NCBI GenBank assembly: GCA_964016885.1
Contig: OZ024740.1
Coordinates: 254,572,001-254,636,000 of the forward strand
DNA length: 64,000 bases
Source: Eledone cirrhosa
Lineage: Eukaryota
Direction: 5' to 3'
In this document: positions 54,163 through 64,000 of the stretch, one piece after another
Numbering within the stretch: the stretch's first letter is position 1
How the letters are laid out: each line of letters begins with the position of its first letter
Made by a program: the position numbers and the translations under genes
The notes under the pieces: generated by a model
What the model was told of the DNA's origin: nothing
Databases searched by the model: none
Seen by the model: only the letters and a program-made list of their open reading frames with translations

Positions 54163-54195
54163 TTTCAAACCCAGTCGCTGTTTCGAAAATATTCT

Positions 54196-54233
<38 letters not shown>

Positions 54234-54239
<6 letters not shown>

Positions 54240-57200
54240 TGGTATGACATTAAACTACATCCAGTGGCAAGTCACCAGTTCGGGAGTTCAGGAGCTGTGG
54301 GGAATGTGGAGTACCCCTTAGTTGTCATAACTCCAGGTCTGCTCTGGCCCCATTTATGGGTTAAATAATTACCTAATTCGAGTGGCGCCGGTAAGGTATT
54401 GTCAGCCATTGGAGAGTCAGCCATATGGTGAGTCTATCTAACAGCATTAGGGTTAGAGCCCCTAATTACACTGTCAATGAGCTGTCTGGTCGTTATGACT
54501 CTGCTGGCTTAGAGCCACAGGGAGGGCCAGTGGATGATGGATCAGCTGTCCCTGAGACAATATAAAGAATACAGTTTTGTCCTGCAGAAGAGCCATCAAA
54601 ATGGGCACTCTGAATGTGAGGACTATTCGAACGCTGGAGAAGAGAGAGGAGTTGGGACATCTGTTCGAGGAGAGATACTTGCCATCCAAGAACACTGGAT
54701 CCTACACGATGAGCCCGTGAGGAGTGTGATGATTGGGAAGATGAGTCAGCTCATCACCACATCGGAAGTGAGGAACATGACCAATGCTGCAGTGGGAGGA
54801 GTGGGTTTTGTTTTCAGCACAAAAACCCGCGAGTGTTGAGGGTGACCTTGAACGGAAACCCAAGACTGACAATCATCTCAGCCTATAGTCCAACCGAGGA
54901 AAACAGTGATGTGAGTGCGGAAGAGTTCCATGAGGAGGTGTGTAGAGCTGTCACACAAGCACACAACATCCTGCTTGTTTTGGGGGACTTCAATGCACAT
55001 CTGAGTAAGGAGAGCAGTGAAGATCCTTGCTGGTACTTCCATAACAACACCAACCGAAATGAAAGACTACTGAGAGACACCCTACTGGAGGCGAACTTGA
55101 TAGCGACCAACCTAAGGTTTAGGAAGAATCCGGGGAAGACATGGACCTACATCTCAGATATGCACCTGTCCAAGTCCCAGATTGATTTCATTCTGGTGAG
55201 GAAAAAGAGGCGGAATAGTGTTCTGAACACAGAACCATACAACTATTTCAGTACACTGGGTAGTGACCACCGGCTTGTTATGAGTGAGGTCCGGGTGAGC
55301 TTAAGAAAGAGCAAAGCTCAGCCCCGGAGTGCAATCTATGAGTGGGGAGCTTTCAATGAAGATGATAAGCTACAGGAGAGGTTCACAGTGGAAGTGAGGA
55401 ACAGGTTCAGTGCTCTGTGTGGAGAGACAGAGGAGAGAGAGATTGGATGGACTGAGGAGAGCGTGACGAGGAGGTACGGGCACTTCACCAATGCAGTGGC
55501 GGAAGCAAGTGAGACCCTGGTGCCGAGGAGAAAGAACAAAAGGAAGCATGTCAGCTCTGCAGAGCCAAAAGTGTGTGCAGCCAGAGAACCCCTGAAAGCT
55601 GCCAAGGACCAATTCTATGCTGATCCTACGGAGGAGAGGATGGAGACTGTGGAAGTGATGAGGGAAGAACTCTGTACCGCTTACACTGGGGCCAGAGAGG
55701 AGGCACTGATAGAGTAGATCAGAAGTGTGGAGAGAGCAGTTGACAGGTCTGGATGTAAGGAGAGCTGGATGATCATCAACGAGATCACAGGGAGGAAGAG
55801 AAGGTGTTCGAGTCAGATCCAGGGAACAGGGCCCGAAGATAGGAAGAGGAAATGGCTAGACCATTTTAGGACCCTCCACAGCCCATAGCACTGGGGAGAT
55901 CAGGCGGCTGTTTGAAGAACTGGATATTGAGACAGAGCCCTTCACCAGAGAGGAGCTTCAGAGATCCAAGAAGAAGATCAAGGAGGGCAAGGCTCGTGAA
56001 GAAGATGGAGTGGCATCAGAGGTGATGAAGAGGTGTGATTTTGATGATATCATCCTGGGGTTCTGTAACCAGGCACTGGAGAAAGGAGTTGCCCCGAATC
56101 AGTGGAGGATCAGTAACATCATCCCAGTGCCAAAGAAGGGAGATCTCTCTAACACCAACAACTACAGGGAGATCTCACTGACGTCACTTGTGGCAAAGAC
56201 CCTCAAAAGGATGATTCTTAACAGGATCCAGCCTGAGATGGAAAAGAAGCTCAGGGACAACCAGAACAGCTTCAGAGAGGGAAGATCAACCACCAGTCAC
56301 ATCCTGATGCTGAGGAGGATATTGGAGGGAGCTACAGCAAAGTGCCTTCCTGCGGTCATGGTTTTCATTGACTTTAGGAAGGCCTTTGATTCTGTGGACC
56401 GTCACTGCCTGATGAAGATCTTACAGGCTTATGGAATCCTCAAGAAGATAGTGGACCCGATATCACTGGTCTACACCAACACCAAAGCCCAAGTCATTAC
56501 ACCTAGTGGGATGACAGAGTTCTTTGAGATACTAGCTGGAGTGCTCCAGGGAGATACATTGGCTCCCTACCTTTTTATCATCGTAGTGGACTATTTATGC
56601 GCCTTGCACTGGAGAAACACCAGGACTCTGGCTTTACTGTAGCACCGGCTCAGAGCAGGAGAGTTAAGGCGAAAAAGATATCGGATGCTGAATTTTCCGA
56701 CGACATAGTTTTGGTGACAAATACAGTGAAGGAGGCAGAGGATTTGATGCAGGAGGTTGAGACTGTGTCGATGAGTGTGGGGCTGAGAATGAATGAGACT
56801 AAAACAAAATATCTGGTAGAGAATGTTGAGAAGCCAGAGGGGATAATTAATGTAAGCGGGAAGCCGCTAGATTTGGTTGAGGAATTCCTGTATTTGGGAG
56901 CAAAGATTGGGAATACGGAAGATGGTGTGGTTGAGAGGAAAAGCAAAGCCTGGGCGGTGTGCCACAGCTTGAGATCGGTGTGGAAGTCGGACCTTCGTAA
57001 GGACCTGAAAATCCGTCTCTTCATTGCTGTAGTGGAGTCTGTGCTGCTGTACGGGTCTGAGACTTGGACACTGACCAAGAAACTCACTCAGATGGTGGAT
57101 GGGTGCTACACGAGAATGCTGAGGATGGCTCTGAATATTATTCAGTATACACTGAGGATGAAAATCTCAGAGCTGTATGGGAGCCTCCCAAAAGTCAGCT

Positions 57201-57452
57201 AAAAAGTGACACAGAGGAGACTGAGGTTAGCTGGACATGCTCACCGACATCCAGAGTTGACATTGCACTCAGTGCTCCTTTGGGATCCTCTACATGAACA
57301 CACTGGAAGAGGAAGACCAAGGTTAATGTATGTTGATGCCCTAAGGACAGACACTGGTCTATTGGAGACACAGGACATGGCAGCGATAATGAGGGACAGA
57401 GACCGCTGGAGAGAACTCGTCCATGGATCTCGGAAATTTTACCCGCTCTAGA
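54234..57452 (+). mobile_element. Near full-length RTE-clade LINE of a different family (APE + RT), in (TA)n
   Basis: ISAYSPT, LGDFNAH, SQIDFIL, SDHRLV, FIDFRKAFDSV, GVLQGDTLAPYLF, FSDD, LLYGSETW. Confidence 0.9.
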
Positions 57453-57459
57453 ATATATG

Positions 57460-57536
<77 letters not shown>

Positions 57537-57811
57537 ATAGTAAGGTTGCTTGGATGCGTCCACAGGCAGAGTATGATAATGTGGAAAACGAAGAATCAGT
57601 GATGCATCGGAACACAATTTATTACGTATTACAATTGTTTCTCCGGCGAACAGCTCGAGGTGCGATCCGTTTGTGGATCGAACCTGACTCTGGATTCGCA
57701 AGTTCCTCAGATATGTCTAGTGATTTCGAAGCAAATCCTCTTTCTGCTGGACTCCGACCTTTCGAATTTCTATCATCTGCCATCATCCTGTTTGTGCGGT
57801 ACTCCGATTGG

Positions 57812-58376
57812 ATGCTAACACAAGGGCAAGAATGAAGGGTTCATTCTACTGACATGACTATAAAATTGAGGCTTGTTTGCATAATTGCAAACGAATCGAA
57901 TGTTTTTATTAATATTCGAAAAACTCAGATTACATTTATTGTATTCAGCCATGTTGAGCGAAATTTTCTTTTTTATTTGAATTTGGCAAAGCCGGCCATT
58001 TATCGCTCGTACACAGGAAACTGACTAGCCAGTCTGCTGATATGTAAATCTGGCTGATCAGTGGATCTGCTAATATGCAGATCTGACTGATCAGCCAGTC
58101 TCCTAATATGCAAATCAGTCCGATCAGTCACTGTGTATTTTTGGAAATAACATACATTTTCACTAGCTCTGACAGTTTGGCAGGTGAACAGTGAGCTGTA
58201 CTGATGAAGGGTGATACCCAGAAACATTAGTGTCTGCAGTTCTGTTCACATGCCAACACAAGAGCAAGAATGAAGGGTTCATTCTACTGACATGGCTATA
58301 AAATTGAGGCTTATTTGCATAATTGCAAACGAATCGAATGTTATTATTAATATTCGAAAAACTCAGATTACATTTA
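57812..58376 (+). mobile_element. 438-bp family copy 3, about 1.3-mer direct repeat; HHR at 58193-58242
   Basis: AATGAAGGGT at 57831 and 58269. Confidence 0.8.
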
Positions 58377-58378
58377 TG

Positions 58379-58498
<120 letters not shown>

Positions 58499-58759
58499 AA
58501 CAACACACTACAATTATTCCGTTTACCAAACGTTTCACGAAGAGAGGCGAGCTCAACTCAGACGTCTGAGTGAAAATTTTAATATGGATGTGAGATATGA
58601 AATTAAAAACAAAGGCTTTTACAATTGAAATAAATGAGCAATAAAAAATAAAATATAATAAAATAAAATAACGGGTAAAATATACATACATTGATGGACA
58701 CGTTTCTCATCACCCGTACCAAATCCGTAATCAGTATGTTGTTTTTGGTATGGTCCGAA

Positions 58760-60335
58760 AAACACCATGGAAAAACACCATGGAAAGCATCCAGCAAATG
58801 GCTAACTCCATCCTCCAGAGTATTAGAGTTACTATAGACTACCCAAGCAAACACCCCAACTATCAATTACCTGTACTAGACACAGCGCTCTGGTTAGATA
58901 CCATTAATAACAAAAAAACAAATCCTCCATTCCCATTATGCCAAACACATGACTTCCAAATATCTGATCCACCGAAACTCAGCTGTTTCGGCCCATACCA
59001 AAATCAACATACTGATTGCTGATTTAATAAGGGTGATGAGGAACGTGTCCCGCATGTGCAACCCCAAAGAACTAGAGAGACACATACAACACTTCATCCA
59101 CCGTATGCAGTTCTCTGGTTACAATCAGAGAGATAAAATCTGAGTATATCGAGAAGCCAGAACCAAATGGGAAAAAATGGTAAATAATGACACAAATGGG
59201 ACCTGCCCCTTGTATAGGAGCAAATTTTGGAATAGAATAGAAAGAACTAGGATTAAGGTTAATAGAATAAAGTCATGGTATGATAGCAATAAATACCAGA
59301 GTGTAATGTTCATCGATACAACCCTTAGAGGTGAATTAGCTTACAAATTTAGAAGGGCCCTAGATAAACATAAACTCAATATTAAGATAGTAGAAAAACC
59401 AGGTACCTCCATAAAAACACTTATTAGCAATACAAACCCTTTTCAAAGACCTCCCTTATCTATATAAGAAATGTATAATCTGTAAATTAAGCCCCCATAT
59501 TAACTGTAAAACTAGAAATGTAGTATATAGCATAAGATGTACTGAAGGACAATGTAGAGATAAAAATATAGTGTACATAGGTGAGACAGCTCGTAGTGTA
59601 GGGGAACGGATAAATGAACACTGGCGAGACCTTCAAGATAGTAAAGAATCATCTGTACTCTACCAACATGCTAAAATAGAACATAAGGGTAAATTAGAGA
59701 ACATATAAAAAAAAATAGAACATAAGGGTAAATTAGAGAACATATAAAAAAAAATAGAATCTACGCACAGAAAAGACGCAATGTTTAGACAAATCACAGA
59801 AGTAATAAACATAAATGAACTCCAACCAAAATTAAATAGAAAACATGAATGGAACGGCAACATCACAACTTACAATTAAGGACAAAATGAAAACACACAC
59901 ACACACATAGAACAAACAACCAACCAGTAACATGTAAATAAACAAATAAATAAACAAATATAAACACACACAGACACCCGGATGTAACACATGCGCAAAC
60001 TAAGCACACAACACACACAAAAACAAGATGGCGTAGGACAGAACAAAGGAGAGGCACAAAATCAAAGAAAAGAATCCACAATCACTGAAGAGGTCACAGA
60101 ATGTGTGACGAAAGAACTTTGACAATATATGAACAATCGTCTGGTTGTGGAAACAACCAACCAACCGGAAATTTATAAATTCCTAAATTTATAAATTTAA
60201 TTTATAATAAATTGAAGTGAAAGCAACTGGTGCGTGTGTTTCTTATTGGCAACATGACCCTCCCAAAGTATAACAATATCGGTCTCAACACACGTTTTCA
60301 GATAAAGAATCTTGCTAAACAAATTCAGAAACGAA
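58760..60335 (+). mobile_element. 5'-truncated Penelope-like element of a further lineage (RT thumb + GIY-YIG + pLTR); HHR at 60082-60122
   Basis: TIDYPS..LPVLD, MQFSGY, NCKTRNVVYSIRC, YIGETARS; HHR TCA-CTGAAGA-G-GTCACA(gaatg)TGTGAC-GAAA-GAAC-TT|TGA. Confidence 0.85.
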
Positions 60336-60348
60336 ATATGTGTGTGTA

Positions 60349-60389
<41 letters not shown>

Positions 60390-61226
60390 TTCAGCAAACA
60401 GGCGGAGTACTTAGCTTTGGTAAGCACCAAAAAGTACGAAACAGAGCTCTGTCAGCTTTATCTCCCCTGTTTGCTGAAAATTAAAGTAAGTGAGACTGTC
60501 ACTACTCTAAAACAATAGCGTAAGGTCTTCGAAATGCTTTTAATTAAGCATACAGTGTATTGCAAAATACACTATATATATACGGGTACAACTTCTGATT
60601 TAGCCTAAGAAAATATCTATATGCGTGTGTAATTTATACAAGCATATATTTATTTTTTTATTTTCAATTGAGTTCTTAAACACGTTGGATTGATAATGTT
60701 TTCAAAAAAACTAATTAACCCGCGTGTATATTATTATTTTTTTCCTCATTTCGTGGGTTGTCTCCCCTTCCAGCTCCGTGTCGCTATGATACTTCCTCAG
60801 TCAAAAACTGCTGGAATTTCAAATTTAGCGGTCATTCGAGGTGAGAGAGACCAACTTTACGGACATGATTTTTGACAGCGGTAAGAAATTGTTTTCTTAT
60901 TTCAATATTTAATGGGCTTCCAGTGACGATTTATAAGTGCCCACCTAAATATATTCTTACATGAATATATATTAGGCTTCTACATAAACTGGAAATATTC
61001 TCCCAAACTTGTAGAAAACTTATAATGAAACAATTGTTTGGAAAGAGAGATATACTTTAACTTTAATTATATCTCATAAAATAATACAACTGGTTTTTCC
61101 ACATTATACATATTGTTAGCACCCCAAACCACTTAAATTGGGTTTATATTTTAATATAACCTAATGTTTGTTGAGTGAGATGGTTACCACTCAGAGTTTA
61201 GCTTTAAACTATCTCTGTTATTGTAT

Positions 61227-61281
<55 letters not shown>

Positions 61282-61289
<8 letters not shown>

Positions 61290-63200
61290 ATACTTGGGGA
61301 GGGTCATATTTGCGTAATATTGCCAGAATTAATAACAGAACACACTCACTGTTTGGTTGGTTTTCGCTTCTCGCTGTCTTTTATATCTGCGATCTAACTT
61401 ACTCGGTCCTCAATGTTGCCATTCACTGACCGGCGGTCAAAAATAATACAGATACAATATAGACACAAACACATATATATAGTTTACATAATTTACATAA
61501 ATCTTTCGTTTCACATCTGCAACATCGTCAGTGGTGTTATATTCATTGTTCCTCCTGTTGTGTTGTATGTCTACGCCATTTTTTATTCAGTCTGTCTATA
61601 TATTTATTTATTTATTTGCTTGTTTGTTTATCTTATTTTATTTTGTCTTCTTTGCGCATGCGTTTGCGTGTGTGTATAGTGTTATGTGTGCTGTGTGACT
61701 AGTGTGTATAGTGTTGTGTCTGCTGGGTGACTAGTGTGTGTTTATGTGCTTGTTGTTATCGTGCTTGTGTATGTATTTATTTATCTTATTTTATTTTATT
61801 TTATTTACTTATTTATACTTCTCTTAGGTCAGTGTTGTTTGTTTGGGTGTTGTTGTTGTTCCACTCATTCTTTCTGTTTAGCTTTGGTCTTCTAATTTCT
61901 ATTTCACTGATCTCTCTGATTTGCCTATCTGCTGGGTCATTCCTATGTTTAGATATTATTCTAATTTCTATGTTGTCTATGTTACCGTCATGTTGTTGTC
62001 TAGCATGTTCGTATAGTACTGACCCGTTTTTTCGTCCCTTTAGTTCCCCCCAGTGTTGGTCTATCCTTTCACCTATGCTACGAGCTGTCTCACCTATGTA
62101 TGTTGTTGTCATGTTTCTGCAAGTACCCTCTGTACATCTTATGCTATAGACTACGTTTCTAGTTTTACAGTTTATCCGGGGGTTCACCTTACATATGATA
62201 CATTTCGTTTTAAGAAAACCCACTGTACCAATAGGAAATGTATCATATGTAAGGTGAACCCCCGGATAAACTGTAAAACTAGAAACGTAGTCTATAGCAT
62301 AAGATGTACAGAGGGTACTTGCAGAAACATGACAACAACATACATAGGTGAGACAGCTCGTAGCATAGGTGAAAGGATAGACCAACACTGGGGGGAACTA
62401 AAAGGACGAAAAAACGGGTCAGTACTATATGAACATGCTAGACAACAACATGACGGTAACATAGACAACATAGAAATTAGAATAATATCTAAACATAGGA
62501 ATGACCCAGCAGATAGGCAAATCAGAGAGGCCAGTGAAATAGAAATTAGAAGACCAAAGCTAAACAGAAAGAATGAGTGGAACAACAACAACACCCAAAC
62601 AAACAACACTGACCTAAGAGAAGTATAAATAAGTAAATAAAATAAAATAAAATAAGATAAATAAATACATACACAAGCACAATAATAACAAGCACATAAA
62701 CACACACTAGTCACCCAGCAGACACAACACTATACACACTAGTCACACAGCACACATAACACTATACACACACGCAAACGCATGCGCAAAGAAGACAAAA
62801 TAAAATAAGATAAACAAACAAGCAAATAAATAAATAAATATATAGACAGACTGAATAAAAAATGGCGTAGACATACAACACAACAGGAGGAACAATGAAT
62901 ATAACACCACTGATGATGTTGCAGATGTGCAACGAAAGATTTATGTAAATTATGTAAACTATATATATGTGTTTGTGTCTATATTGTATCTGTATTATTT
63001 TTGACCGCCGGTCAGTGAATGGCAACATTGAGGACCGAGTAAGTTAGATCGCAGATATAAAAGACAGCGAGAAGCGAAAACCAACCAAACAGTGAGTGTG
63101 TTCTGTTATTAATTCTGGCAATATTACGCAAATATGACCCTCCCCAAGTATAACAATATCTGTTTTGACACACGATTTCATATAAAAAACCTCGCTAAAC
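61282..63200. mobile_element. 1.9-kb head-to-head palindrome of a PLE 3' end (GIY-YIG + pLTR); HHRs at 61495-61534(-) and 62907-62946(+)
   Basis: Colinear 925-bp arms 61282-62206 / 62235-63159, 28-bp spacer, few mismatches; VVYSIRC..YIGETARS..R..QH; (TA)n on both sides. Confidence 0.93.
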
Positions 63201-63213
63201 TAATTCGTCGCCG

Positions 63214-63662
<449 letters not shown>

Positions 63663-63695
63663 AAATATATATATATATATATAAAAATATATATA

Positions 63696-63968
<273 letters not shown>

Positions 63969-64000
63969 CGTGTGACTGAGTGGTTAGAGAAGTGGATTCG

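Noticed and set aside
54234-54540. HDV-like ribozyme in the RTE 5' UTR
   Set aside because: Known for some RTEs, but a nested double pseudoknot could not be assigned by eye
61813-62628. Mirror 191-aa ORFs as a bidirectional gene pair
   Set aside because: A by-product of the palindrome; the N-terminal part is antisense of the other arm and only the GIY-YIG part is real PLE coding

Overview
Repeat-dominated, AT-rich animal genomic DNA, most likely an octopus or other coleoid cephalopod (inferred from a KRAB-less tandem C2H2 gene, the RTE/SINE repertoire and long (TA)n tracts). The only intact host-type gene is a 15-finger C2H2 zinc-finger ORF at 4214-5626. The rest is decayed mobile DNA: a Tx1/L1-like LINE with a 17-bp TSD, many RTE LINEs, at least four Penelope-like elements (PLEs; RT + GIY-YIG), a deleted Ty3/Gypsy element with a tRNA-Trp PBS, tRNA-derived SINEs, a MITE and two candidate non-autonomous Helitrons. 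The feature the ORF track does not show is about 25 type-I hammerhead ribozyme (HHR) motifs from roughly 10 unrelated families. Many sit in head-to-head fold-back palindromes in (TA)n microsatellites, others in circularly permuted 305-bp and 438-bp monomers resembling retrozymes. Four families use a compensated U3-A8 core, and one family carries a CTCF-like motif. All structures were folded and aligned by eye; coordinates of decayed repeats are approximate.
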